Positions 35,756 to 45,145 of a stretch of 64,000 nucleotides of DNA are shown here, in pieces. The notes beneath the pieces were generated by a model. The model worked only from the letters and a program-made list of their open reading frames with translations. It was not told where the DNA came from and did no database searches. The first letter of the stretch is position 1, and the number at the start of each line of letters is the position of its first letter. The stretch lies in IMG/VR virus record IMGVR_UViG_3300044712_001462, positions 1 to 64,000 of that record; one strand, given 5' to 3'. The position numbers were made by a program, and so were the translations under genes.

Positions 35756-35791
35756 TCAATCCACTCATCCCTGAGTTCCTCTACTAAGGGA

Positions 35792-35822
35792 CCAAATAAA
35801 AAACCCGGGAACTGGCCCGGGT
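35792..35822 (-). terminator. intrinsic terminator
   Basis: ACCCGGG/CCCGGGT stem followed on the minus strand by TTTTTATTTGG. Confidence 0.7.
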
Positions 35823-35848
35823 AACAGAGAATCACGTTGTGGTGACGC

Positions 35849-36535
35849 TTACGCCTGTTCGCGTATGCGTTTGAGCAGATTCGAAGGATCTCCGTTTTGT
35901 AACGGGAGAGACTCAATCTGTTTAATGAGTTCCGTCAGATTGCTCCGGATCAGTTCTTTAATCTCAGAGCTCTTAGCCTGCTGAGACTGGTACAGTGCGG
36001 AGTACATGACAGGATCGCCTGAAAAATCAGCTAACGGATCCGCGGCTTGTTTGCGGATCGCCAATCTGAGAACATCAGGCGCATCAACTACGCCTTCCTC
36101 ATCCAACATCGACCCGATGTACCACCGGATCTCATCACAAAAATGCTCTTCTGCTTCAGGAGGATTGATAAGCAGGGCCTCGGTAATACTCCAGGCCATC
36201 TCACTCACATCCGCGATATCGAAGACAGACGGGTCAAAGGTGTCGTCGGCCAGCACGTTACACAGCTGAATGAACGAAGGGAGACTCCGTTCAAACCGAT
36301 CTGTAGTCAGAATCGTGATCGCCGCCATGAGCTTGTGCATGTTCTGATTCGGAAGCTGTACTCCGAAATCATCCTGCAGCTCATACCGAATTGTCTGGGG
36401 ATGCCACGTGAGTACCTCAGTGCCGTATCGGTCTAAAGCCAGTACAAGCAGAGTGGTGGCATACGTCTCTGGGCTAGTAAGGATTTGCTGAACATACTGC
36501 TTGTTGAAGAGCAGCTTGTTCTGTGTAGTTTCCAT
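35849..36535 (-). CDS. hypothetical protein
   Basis: 228-aa ORF. Confidence 0.8.
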   Translation of the reverse strand: METTQNKLLFNKQYVQQILTSPETYATTLLVLALDRYGTEVLTWHPQTIRYELQDDFGVQLPNQNMHKLMAAITILTTDRFERSLPSFIQLCNVLADDTFDPSVFDIADVSEMAWSITEALLINPPEAEEHFCDEIRWYIGSMLDEEGVVDAPDVLRLAIRKQAADPLADFSGDPVMYSALYQSQQAKSSEIKELIRSNLTELIKQIESLPLQNGDPSNLLKRIREQA

Positions 36536-36986
36536 GATTTCTTACCTTCGCCAGAGTTGCGAGAAACTGTTGCCACACCACGGCTAAGTCGAGACTGACC
36601 GTAAACAACGGCGCTTTGAGCGTCTCGACTATTTGCATGTTGGGCAGTTCAAAAATATCAGGGCATCCGTCTAGCAGGATGTACCGACCATCCGCCAGCA
36701 TGACCCGCCAAGGTGTTGTCTGAGCGAACAGAGGCTTCCGGGTTTCGATTCTACGCGCGATCTGCCGATAGATATGCGGCAAGACGGCTTTCCCAGTAAA
36801 CATACCCAGCGTGCTCTCTAGCATGTTGTAGATGGCAGCCCCGTACGCAGCACCCCAAGGGATCGCAATCTCGTAGAGCGAGTCCTCAGGCAGAGAGCAG
36901 ACATAGTTCACGGCGTAATGGACGTCTGTGAACTGGAGTTGCGGGCAGGCTTTTAACAGCTCATCAAAAGTTGGATTACCAATCAT
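36474..36986 (-). CDS. hypothetical protein
   Basis: 170-aa ORF, ATGA overlap. Confidence 0.7.
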   Translation of the reverse strand: MIGNPTFDELLKACPQLQFTDVHYAVNYVCSLPEDSLYEIAIPWGAAYGAAIYNMLESTLGMFTGKAVLPHIYRQIARRIETRKPLFAQTTPWRVMLADGRYILLDGCPDIFELPNMQIVETLKAPLFTVSLDLAVVWQQFLATLAKVRNHGNYTEQAALQQAVCSANPY

Positions 36987-37261
36987 AACAGTTTGCGCGT
37001 CACCGGCACGTCGGCACGAAAAGCCACCATCTTCTGAGTCGTCGGATCCTCGACTTCTTTCCCCGACTCATCGACAGCATACACGTTGACGGTGCCGTTG
37101 ATCCGCGGATCCGGGAGACCGAGTTTCGAAGCGTGAGAGATAGCCATCTCCATTGCGGGAGCCGCCCGCAACTCATCAAACGCAGCCGGGCCCAGAATCG
37201 AGCTCTGTAAAACAATCGTGCCTTTGGTTTCATTCAGATCAGAACTACAGACGGAAATCAT
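36983..37261 (-). CDS. hypothetical protein
   Basis: GAGGT RBS. Confidence 0.7.
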   Translation of the reverse strand: MISVCSSDLNETKGTIVLQSSILGPAAFDELRAAPAMEMAISHASKLGLPDPRINGTVNVYAVDESGKEVEDPTTQKMVAFRADVPVTRKLL

Positions 37262-37334
37262 AATTACCTCACATTGTCAGGGAAAATACACGTACCGGCG
37301 TCATTGTAGCGCCCGGTAAGAAGGGGCATAAAGA

Positions 37335-37844
37335 TCAATCACTTTCCGCCGCTTGCGCCACCAGCCACTCTGCCAGGTACTTTTTGGCGACTTCAAAGCG
37401 AGCGAACAAATACGGGACATAAGCATCCTCCAGTAGACGATTCAGTTCGGGGATGAGCTTGTCGCAGCCTTTCTTGTTCCGCTTCTTCGCTACGTCCGCG
37501 GCGATAGCTGTGACAGCAGGATCCTCTAGAGCCATGCCTAGGAAGATCTCGGGGTCCATCCAGGTGGCAGGCGCGTCGGTATCTCTCTGCCCGTAGTGCG
37601 TGAGCCCGTAGCGGTCATCCACAAACACGAGCCCTGTCGGTTGCGCGTACCCTTTGTCTGCCGTCATCATGCGTGCACGCCAGAACTTAGGCTTTCCAAA
37701 AATCTCCATGTCCTCACCAGGCTTCGACAGGGGAATGAGATGATTCGGTACAGTCATTCCGTCAAGTCGTTCCGTAGCCGGTGTCTTGGGCTTTAAAAGA
37801 TCAGGTTCAGAGGTTTTTCTTCCTCGGCGGCGTCTCCGCGCCAT
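37335..37844 (-). CDS. hypothetical protein with Arg-rich N terminus
   Basis: MARRRRRGRK after GGGAG. Confidence 0.75.
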   Translation of the reverse strand: MARRRRRGRKTSEPDLLKPKTPATERLDGMTVPNHLIPLSKPGEDMEIFGKPKFWRARMMTADKGYAQPTGLVFVDDRYGLTHYGQRDTDAPATWMDPEIFLGMALEDPAVTAIAADVAKKRNKKGCDKLIPELNRLLEDAYVPYLFARFEVAKKYLAEWLVAQAAESD

Positions 37845-37876
37845 GTAAACTCCCAATAGTTAAAAGGGAAGAAATA

Positions 37877-38028
37877 GCTAACAACGGGCTTTCCTTTAAT
37901 ACAACGAGCCCTGCTTTGCGTGGAAGTGTAATTACTTCCTGGCAAAGAGGGCCCGTTAAGGCAGCCAGACGCGGTTAGCGCAAATGGGACATAAATGAGA
38001 CAGTTAAACTGGTTCCGTCTATTATGTC
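37877..38028 (-). ncRNA. candidate structured RNA / leader switch
   Basis: Nested stems 37877-82/37974-79, 37903-27/37934-57 and 37988-94/38022-28; an A.C mismatch becomes G-U on the minus strand. Confidence 0.4.
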
Positions 38029-38049
38029 ACGCTTTTTGCCCGAATTTAG

Positions 38050-38499
38050 CTATCTCAAGACGCTGTGCAAGGCTTTAGGAGCATAGTGTTTAGGCGGATC
38101 GGTGATGGGTCGCCGTATAACACGGGGGTAATATTCCACGTCTGTACGCTCGGGATCCCAGGTAGATTGTGAGTACTTCACGCTGGATATATGAATACGA
38201 CGAAACACTTGCGCACGTCGATCAAAGAAGACGATGACGTAGCCAGGCTGGCCGTGTACTCTGCGAGCCACCGACATAGAAGGGCTGATGTGTGATCCAA
38301 TAATCAGAAAGTCATGTGCGTGCACTAGCCCATCTTTAGGATCCAGCGCCCACAAGATGATCTGCGGCAGTGCCGGATCTCCCTTGTGGAAGGGCAAGAG
38401 ATTGTTGAACTCGGCAATGTCGTAGGTGTCTTCGATGTAGTCAGGCCGAAGACCTAGATCGCTGACAAGAGACAAGCAGATTAATGTGCATCCAAGCAT
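38050..38499 (-). CDS. hypothetical protein
   Basis: 149-aa ORF with QIILW and SQSTWDPE motifs. Confidence 0.7.
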   Translation of the reverse strand: MLGCTLICLSLVSDLGLRPDYIEDTYDIAEFNNLLPFHKGDPALPQIILWALDPKDGLVHAHDFLIIGSHISPSMSVARRVHGQPGYVIVFFDRRAQVFRRIHISSVKYSQSTWDPERTDVEYYPRVIRRPITDPPKHYAPKALHSVLR

Positions 38500-38504
38500 T
38501 GCAA

Positions 38505-38522
38505 CTCTCTGTTATCGCTATC
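38505..38522 (-). promoter_or_regulatory. conserved motif GATAGCGATAACAGAGAG (copy C)
   Basis: Identical to 26642-26659; 5 nt before the ATG at 38499. Confidence 0.5.
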
Positions 38523-38826
38523 AGAAGGTCATCTTCACCTTCTGCTTTTTACTGTTTACGAAATACAGGCGTACCTTCTCCGCATCCACCATCTTCTTGA
38601 ACTTCACCTTCTGGTCATTCGCCAGACTGCCGATGGCAACCTTGATACCGTTGTAGTCAAAACCGTTCTGGACTCGCTTCGCCGCACAGGGCTTACAGCG
38701 CGGTTTGCTTGTCTGTGGAGCGACCCGACTGGCCAGGTTGGACATGAATGGAAAGGCAGTTACCAGCTCCTGATTGCGAAGGAGCTGGGTAATGACGGAG
38801 TCTTCGAGGACAAGCAGTGGTGTCAT
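38521..38826 (-). CDS. hypothetical basic protein (CxxC)
   Basis: RCKPC; Lys-rich. Confidence 0.7.
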   Translation of the reverse strand: MTPLLVLEDSVITQLLRNQELVTAFPFMSNLASRVAPQTSKPRCKPCAAKRVQNGFDYNGIKVAIGSLANDQKVKFKKMVDAEKVRLYFVNSKKQKVKMTF

Positions 38827-38828
38827 GA

Positions 38829-39266
38829 TTAGCCCAACGAAGAGGAGGAAGAAGAATCTGTACCGGCAGAAAGGGTCACCGTCTCGTCAAGCACTAGGTT
38901 GTCTAGGGAGGACAACAGAGTGAGCAGGCGCTGGACTTGTGAGTTGATCTCAGCCTTGGTGTCTTCGAACATCCTAACGGTGGGCAGAAGAATATCGATC
39001 TCGGCTTTGCGGAAGTAGGCCGGGCTCTGGGTGGGATTCGGTTCGCCTGCGGGGTAGATCGATAGCTCGTAAGGGGAGCAGATAAAGCTGAACTCATCTT
39101 GCTGCGCGCCAGTAGCCGGATCTACCAACGTCTTCTGGTGTCCGAAGATCTCCGTAGGCATGTTCACCGCGTTTGAGGCTAAACATACCAGTCTGAAAAC
39201 TTCTCGACCTTGAAAAGCAATCGGCTCTGGAGATTGAAACGAGAGATCGATCGAATACAGGGCCAT
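38829..39266 (-). CDS. hypothetical protein, probably virion-associated, with Ser-rich C tail
   Basis: FSFICSP.EL..YP...P..YFR; DSSSSSSLG end. Confidence 0.7.
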   Translation of the reverse strand: MALYSIDLSFQSPEPIAFQGREVFRLVCLASNAVNMPTEIFGHQKTLVDPATGAQQDEFSFICSPYELSIYPAGEPNPTQSPAYFRKAEIDILLPTVRMFEDTKAEINSQVQRLLTLLSSLDNLVLDETVTLSAGTDSSSSSSLG

Positions 39267-39276
39267 GGTTTGTCTC

Positions 39277-40206
39277 TTACTGCCAGGGGAATTTCTCTTT
39301 ACGACCCCGCTTCAGACCTTGGCCTGCGGGAGGTGTAAATACGAGGTTTTTTGCGGAATTGAAGTCTTTGATCTTGTATCCATTTTGGTAAAGCTGTTCC
39401 CCAATCACAATGTCACCGCCTTTTTGCAGCAACCGACGATCCGGAATATCACACTGTCGAATGGCTTCCGCACTAACCACAAAGAACCAATCGGAGCAGA
39501 AGTGAATGGTATCTCCATTGGGAATCGGAGAGCCGTGCTTTGACCGGAAGTCTTTGCCTCTATACCAGCTTGACTGCTGAAACCAGCCACGGGGATCTTT
39601 TTCTTGGTGCAGTTTGAATGTGCGATAGCTTCGGGGGCCATAAGCGCCGACTTGCTGACTCTGCCTGTGAATGTCGTCCGCCAGAATATTGAGCCAGTTG
39701 AGGTGTTTGACCCAGGTGTTGTCGTCAAACCAGGCTACGTAATTGGTGGTGATTGGATGATCTGGGTCCCAGAACATCTGGCGCATCGCTGGGTATTTGA
39801 AGATGTTGCCCTCGTTAATGTAGAGGGCTGTTGGAGAGAGCGTGCGAACGTATTCGAGAACCTGTGTCGAGCAGGCGTTGCAAGTAATGCGGAGGTCTAA
39901 CTTGTCCGAAGGAATTGTCTTGAGAATTCCGTCTAGGCAGGCGCGCTGGGTCCAAAAGTAATCGCCGTAACACAGTACACAGACTGTTAACTTGCCCCCG
40001 AGTTCGAAGTAATCAAGGCCTGTACCGCAATTATCGGTGATATTGGGTGCTGGTTTAGGGTCTGACACACCAGGCTGCCAGGCTGTTGACGTATCCAGGA
40101 GTACCAAGTCCGTGAAGATGGGATCAGACCAGATCAACGGATGAGGCTGATGGGCGTCCGCGCGCAGTGGATACTTGTCGAGAGGGCGAATAATCGCGGA
40201 AGTCAT
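39277..40206 (-). CDS. GT-A fold glycosyltransferase (GT2-like)
   Basis: TVCVLCYG, N..KYPAMR, YVAWFDDN, GGDIVIG. Confidence 0.8.
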   Translation of the reverse strand: MTSAIIRPLDKYPLRADAHQPHPLIWSDPIFTDLVLLDTSTAWQPGVSDPKPAPNITDNCGTGLDYFELGGKLTVCVLCYGDYFWTQRACLDGILKTIPSDKLDLRITCNACSTQVLEYVRTLSPTALYINEGNIFKYPAMRQMFWDPDHPITTNYVAWFDDNTWVKHLNWLNILADDIHRQSQQVGAYGPRSYRTFKLHQEKDPRGWFQQSSWYRGKDFRSKHGSPIPNGDTIHFCSDWFFVVSAEAIRQCDIPDRRLLQKGGDIVIGEQLYQNGYKIKDFNSAKNLVFTPPAGQGLKRGRKEKFPWQ

Positions 40207-41282
40207 GATTTTGACCAGTGCTGGTCCCAGTTAATCGGGCAGCTGAATACGTTGTGAGGAGTTGCTGTTATTGCATTTCGGGCATACCAGTCGCGAACTT
40301 CCCACTGCGGGAGCCCGATCGGCGGTAAATAACCCTGCTCGTAGTACGACATAACGGCTTCGCACACCGTTGCTGGTGTGATCAGGTTCATGCAGGCCGG
40401 TAAAGGCTGAGACCCGGGCGGTTGAGGGGCCCGCTGATGACAGATCAGTTTGTCTTTAGGGTGCGGCATGACTTTATTGCGCCAACAGCCGCGGTCTTTA
40501 CAGCACTCTAGCAAGCCAATCGTGTGCAAATATCTGTGTGGCACACGAATCGGAGCCGCTTTGGTACCAAACTGCCCATCATTTGTGTAAGCTTCCCAAG
40601 CCCAGTGCTCTCGACCTCCAGCTATAACCACAACCGGCTTCTCAAACGCAGCACCCATGTGCATTGCACAGGTGATCGGGCAGATGATGCCTTCACAGTG
40701 ATAGATTTGCCACATCAGCTGTCGGATGTAGCCCCAACCCAGCAGACTCATGACTCGCTGCATAGGCGGGTGGACACTGTCGGGTTTAGCTGATCCAGAT
40801 TGTGCGAAGCGCAAGCCGTAGGACTGCAGCGTGTCGATCGTCTCTTGATACCAGCTGTAGCGCCAGTGTTTGACAGTGAAGTCGGTCTTTCCGCCTCCAA
40901 ACACTAACCAATAACGTCCGCGTATCGGAGAACACTCTTTTTCGACCGTCGAGAGGTGCAAATCCGTCTTCGACTGGAGGCAATCAACGTGAATCCCGGT
41001 TTGCGCCTCGAAATTACGGTGAAATTCCGTAATGAAGTGGTGTTTATCGCCTCGTTCCACCGTAGTCATGCCTTTTCGGTAGCACAACTTGATGGTTTCG
41101 GCTTCGCTGTCCTGCAGAGGAGTCAAATATGGGTTGCATTCGTAGATTGCTCGAAACGTGTTCCGAAAATCAACTGCATACCTGTCGCCATAGGTTAGTA
41201 CGATGTCCCGGACTAAGGCGGTTGTACAAGTCTCATCTCCCGGTGCGAGATGATGTGTCAGGATAAATTTGCGCTCGGGCAT
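40203..41282 (-). CDS. GT9-like (ADP-heptose:LPS heptosyltransferase family) glycosyltransferase
   Basis: APGD...TALVRD, NPYL, K.W....Q, T..MHMGAAFEKPVVVI, C...CW, CM..ITP..V. Confidence 0.85.
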   Translation of the reverse strand: MPERKFILTHHLAPGDETCTTALVRDIVLTYGDRYAVDFRNTFRAIYECNPYLTPLQDSEAETIKLCYRKGMTTVERGDKHHFITEFHRNFEAQTGIHVDCLQSKTDLHLSTVEKECSPIRGRYWLVFGGGKTDFTVKHWRYSWYQETIDTLQSYGLRFAQSGSAKPDSVHPPMQRVMSLLGWGYIRQLMWQIYHCEGIICPITCAMHMGAAFEKPVVVIAGGREHWAWEAYTNDGQFGTKAAPIRVPHRYLHTIGLLECCKDRGCWRNKVMPHPKDKLICHQRAPQPPGSQPLPACMNLITPATVCEAVMSYYEQGYLPPIGLPQWEVRDWYARNAITATPHNVFSCPINWDQHWSKS

Positions 41283-42016
41283 GTTTGCAGCGTTTGGATG
41301 TGATGACGAATTTCGGTCACGTAGTCATCAATCTTAGCCGGATGCAAAGAAATGCGGCCAGGTGAAACAGGTAACTGACCAATGCGCGCGTAACTGGCGT
41401 CACCTTTAGCCGACAAGTGATAACTTGGTGAGTGCCAGCGGTAGAAGTAGTAGGTTTTTTCGAGGCCTACCGGTTCTCTCACCACCTCCACACCGAGTCT
41501 GCGGATTTTGTGCTCCAGATCAATGTCCTGACCGGAGTTCATAACAGTAAAGCCGCTGACTTTTTCAAGTAACTGCCTGGTCCAAATGGCTTTTGAAGGC
41601 GCAGGGTAGACTCCGGTGTCTTCAAACTGCAAACCAGCGCCTGTTTTCATCCAAATTTCACGACTCTGCCAGATTTCAGACCTTGTCTGCCATAATTTGT
41701 TGAGCGAGTAGCGTAATCGCCAGGGAAAACTGATGTCATCATCGTCAAAGCGACAAATATAGTCGCCTTGGCACTGCGAAATCGCAAAATTGAGCTTCTC
41801 TCCGAGCGTTTGAAAGCGCTCAGCGCGGTTGATGACCCGAATTTTAGGGTGCTGGAGCTGAAAGACCTGCTCTGGGCAGTCGTTGACCAGAATCAGCTCA
41901 GTATTCGGGTGATTTTGGGCCAAAAACGACCCTACAGCGTGCTCAACCAGCCACAATGCGTGTGGATACCGGTTGTAAGTGGGCATCACGCATGAGACTA
42001 GATCACAGGAGGACAT
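41258..42016 (-). CDS. GT2 glycosyltransferase
   Basis: VSCVMPTYNR, ELILVND, LGEKLN, GDYICRFDDDD, GQD; start MSSCDL (track 42058). Confidence 0.9.
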   Translation of the reverse strand: MSSCDLVSCVMPTYNRYPHALWLVEHAVGSFLAQNHPNTELILVNDCPEQVFQLQHPKIRVINRAERFQTLGEKLNFAISQCQGDYICRFDDDDISFPWRLRYSLNKLWQTRSEIWQSREIWMKTGAGLQFEDTGVYPAPSKAIWTRQLLEKVSGFTVMNSGQDIDLEHKIRRLGVEVVREPVGLEKTYYFYRWHSPSYHLSAKGDASYARIGQLPVSPGRISLHPAKIDDYVTEIRHHIQTLQTCPSANLS

Positions 42017-42848
42017 ACTGAGATGATTTCTGGGGGGTTGAATGGATCCCGCACTCATCGAGGACGCGCTGATAGGCGTCGGCCGGTACTTTTTCTTTGA
42101 AATGCTCCAGTACCGGCTCTAGATCCAGTTTTAGTTCTTGCAGACCGATTAGGTAGTTGCGGAATTTGTCGACGGTTTGACAACGGTAAGGAATCCCAGC
42201 GGGTCGATTAAAGCGGTGCATCCATTTGAAATCAGGCAGACAGATGACTTGTCCGCCTTGTTGTCTGATCTTCTCGTGGATATACCCCTCTTCACCGCCG
42301 AATCCGCGGAAGCGCGGGTTGAATCCGGGCCAGGCAGCTTTGGTACAGGCCATGACACCGGTACCTTGCTGTGGAATCACCACTGGTTCCGTACTTAGCT
42401 CCTGCCTGGCCCACGTCCCCCACATTTCGCTGCGCCAGTTCGCATCCTGGTGTGTCGCTGAGACTTTGAAGTTGTCATCGATCAGTGGACCCTGGATCAG
42501 GTCCTTATCATTTCCACGGAAGTCCAAGTAATGGAGGAGGTACTGCAGGCTCCCAGGAGGAAAGAAGACGTGACAGTCCATGCAGAGCACATAGTCGGTG
42601 TCTGCGATGGTAAAGACCTGGTTTTTTACCGTGGTTCCTTGCCACTCGGTAAACGTCTCGTAGCGACCACCAATGCGTTTAAGAAAGGCAGCTGTGGCTT
42701 TGCCTGCTGCGCTCTCTGGCTGATTATCCACCACCAGAAGGTCAGATCGCTCAAGAATTTCCGGGTGATAGAGCCGGATGGCTTGGACGGAGAAATACAC
42801 TCCATCGTAGTCATCGTACACAGCCATACCGATTGTCAGTCGCTTCAT
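42003..42848 (-). CDS. GT2 glycosyltransferase
   Basis: LTIGMAVYDD, LVVDN, VLCMDCH, GFNPRFRGFGGEEGY. Confidence 0.9.
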   Translation of the reverse strand: MKRLTIGMAVYDDYDGVYFSVQAIRLYHPEILERSDLLVVDNQPESAAGKATAAFLKRIGGRYETFTEWQGTTVKNQVFTIADTDYVLCMDCHVFFPPGSLQYLLHYLDFRGNDKDLIQGPLIDDNFKVSATHQDANWRSEMWGTWARQELSTEPVVIPQQGTGVMACTKAAWPGFNPRFRGFGGEEGYIHEKIRQQGGQVICLPDFKWMHRFNRPAGIPYRCQTVDKFRNYLIGLQELKLDLEPVLEHFKEKVPADAYQRVLDECGIHSTPQKSSQYVLL

Positions 42849-42854
42849 ATTTGA

Positions 42855-44099
42855 TTACGGCGGAGGAGGCGGTATCTCCGTAGATGTACTAGCCGGACCA
42901 TCCGAAGTAGGTGCTGAAGTGGATGGCGATGAAGTAGGTTCTAGTGTTGAGGATGTTGGCGCTGGTGTTGTCGTTGTGGTTGTGGGCGCATCCGTTGTCG
43001 GCGGATAGGTTGTCGGCGGATAACTGGTCGGAGGCGTTGTTGTAGTCGGCGGACACGGGCATACAATCTCAACCTGACCGTAATAATCTCCAGTGATTCC
43101 CGGTGCCACACAGGCCGGATCGCTTCCAGCTACGGGCATCCAGGTTCCCGGTGGGCACCACACAAACCAGCAGCACTCTCCATCTGCGTAACTTTGGCAG
43201 AGATGGAAGGTGAAGACAATCTCAACGCTACATTCCCCGTAGGGCACGACTTCCACGTCGACGGTAGGTGTCGTACAGTCATAAGCCACAACCACAGTGG
43301 AGGAGACGGTTACGTCGGGTGTACAACCGTCGTCTCCTGGAGGTCCAGGAGGTCCTGGCGGTCCATCCAGTCCCGACATCGCGGCGAAAGCTGGAATGGG
43401 TACATCAATGGCAGGACAATCCGTTAGAGGCTCTGGCGCATCAGGTACATCGCAGTCGTTAATGATTGGGACGTCTTCGATGGGGCATACCGGAGCCATT
43501 GAGCAACGAGCTGGGGCAAAAACAGGTGTGAAGGGCTCCGCGCAGGGATCCAATGTTGTGGGTCCCTCGACTGAGACAAATTTACCCTCGAGGAAAGCCA
43601 CATTGATGGCATTCTCTGGGGACTGGAAACGGGTGACCTTGTTGCCGTCTTCGTCGACGAACCCTGTGATCTGCAGGACAATGCCACTGGATGACACTGT
43701 CTGGGGTAATGAGTTCTTGAAGTCGACAAAATCGCGATCCAGCCAAGGATCTCCGGTATCATTTGAAGTCTCCGTGTGCTTGAACCGGACTTCAAAGATT
43801 GCCTCGCCGACGTCAGCCACCTCGACGGTGAGCTTAAGATCCACTTCACCCAAAAAGACCCCATCGCGAATCTCTTCATTGAAATGGCGTAGGGATCCGA
43901 GAATAAACGTGGCACCGATCTCGACGTCGGTATTATCGATGCCGCGGAAGCCATAACCGCTGGCTGCGTTATTTGTGTTGTCAGGCTCACCCCAGTGAAT
44001 ACGCGCTTCCGTACCCAGTGTGCTGAGATACAGATTGGTGATGCCGGACGGCGTCCAGTCATTCCAGGCGGAGCGAATTTGGTTGATATGTACGGTCAT
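42855..44099 (-). CDS. fibre/adhesin: choice-of-anchor-K-like beta domain, short collagen (GPP) segment, Cys-rich region, mucin-like P/T/S tail
   Basis: WGEP...SGYGF...FILG.LRHFN..I...ETSN; GPPGPPGPPG; PTTYPPTT...STSTE. Confidence 0.7.
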   Translation of the reverse strand: MTVHINQIRSAWNDWTPSGITNLYLSTLGTEARIHWGEPDNTNNAASGYGFRGIDNTDVEIGATFILGSLRHFNEEIRDGVFLGEVDLKLTVEVADVGEAIFEVRFKHTETSNDTGDPWLDRDFVDFKNSLPQTVSSSGIVLQITGFVDEDGNKVTRFQSPENAINVAFLEGKFVSVEGPTTLDPCAEPFTPVFAPARCSMAPVCPIEDVPIINDCDVPDAPEPLTDCPAIDVPIPAFAAMSGLDGPPGPPGPPGDDGCTPDVTVSSTVVVAYDCTTPTVDVEVVPYGECSVEIVFTFHLCQSYADGECCWFVWCPPGTWMPVAGSDPACVAPGITGDYYGQVEIVCPCPPTTTTPPTSYPPTTYPPTTDAPTTTTTTPAPTSSTLEPTSSPSTSAPTSDGPASTSTEIPPPPP

Positions 44100-45145
44100 G
44101 GGGAGGTACCGCAGTCGCAGGGGTCTTCGGATTCAGCTGGCATGGGTGCAGGAGCACCGACGTCTCGGAATTGCGGACAGATGGCCATATTCTGTAGATC
44201 CGCGTTGATGATGACTTTGTGTTCATCGGGAACCGGTGTGATGACCACACCGTTGCCGCCTGTGATGTTAAAGAAGCGGGAACCAATGCCGTTCAGGCTG
44301 CGCACCACTTCACCGCAGCGCAGCGCTCCATCCAGAGCCGTACGGCCGTTGGGTGCCGCTTCCGCTGGGAACAGCAGAACGTCTTCACAGGGTTCGCCTT
44401 TTCCTGCTCCTACGTTCGCTTCAATCACAATTCGATTACCATCTGTCTCTTGACGAATGGAAATGTTGTACCCTTCCTCGAACTTCACATCTCCAACCAC
44501 ATATCCGTCCGCCACATAGTGCTCGTAAGCCGGGAATGACCAACAAAGGTCACGGCAGTCTTCTTTAGTTGTGGCGCGTGTGCGTTCCGCGTTAGCAAGA
44601 CTCAGGGAGTTTACAAAAGCATTGGAAGCGTTGGTGACTCGGGAGGGCTCAACTGTGGCCGTGTTCACCCAGTCGCCAGTGGCTAAGAACTCAGCGAGGC
44701 GGGACAGATCCCCGGAGACCATAAACCCATACCACAAGGGCATCGTGTAAGTATCGTCGAGAGGAGAGAAAGGAGGCCACAGTTCCGCTAGACTAACAAA
44801 GGGATTATCCCAAAGCTGCACAACAACGGAGTAACTGCTGGCGGCTTCTTCTGAGACGGAAGAGTTGGAATAGGAGGAGATGTAGTTACCGTCGTTGATG
44901 TCTCGTTGAAACAGTAAGCAGGTGCCTAAGGTGCCTGCGGCGTTCGAGCGGAATTCAAACTCAATCAGACTTCCGCTCAGACGCATCGCATAGAGATAGA
45001 CGGAATGCGTGGCATCCACGAATCCGGTTCCCGAGTTCACAACACAACCAAAATCCACGATTGCATAGTCGGGCAGATCAGACTGCGGTGTGTAGATGAA
45101 CGGATAGCTACGGTTCAGATTGTCGTTGAAGAAGCCAGGACGCAT
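44096..45145 (-). CDS. Cys-rich tail/baseplate fibre scaffold paralog 1
   Basis: N-terminal NDNLNRSYPF; C-terminal VRSLNG. Confidence 0.7.
   Translation of the reverse strand: MRPGFFNDNLNRSYPFIYTPQSDLPDYAIVDFGCVVNSGTGFVDATHSVYLYAMRLSGSLIEFEFRSNAAGTLGTCLLFQRDINDGNYISSYSNSSVSEEAASSYSVVVQLWDNPFVSLAELWPPFSPLDDTYTMPLWYGFMVSGDLSRLAEFLATGDWVNTATVEPSRVTNASNAFVNSLSLANAERTRATTKEDCRDLCWSFPAYEHYVADGYVVGDVKFEEGYNISIRQETDGNRIVIEANVGAGKGEPCEDVLLFPAEAAPNGRTALDGALRCGEVVRSLNGIGSRFFNITGGNGVVITPVPDEHKVIINADLQNMAICPQFRDVGAPAPMPAESEDPCDCGTSP

Noticed and set aside
42960-43055. Short tandem DNA repeats (GTTGTCGGCGGATA) as a non-coding array
   Set aside because: Explained by the PPTTY peptide repeats of the fibre's mucin-like tail.
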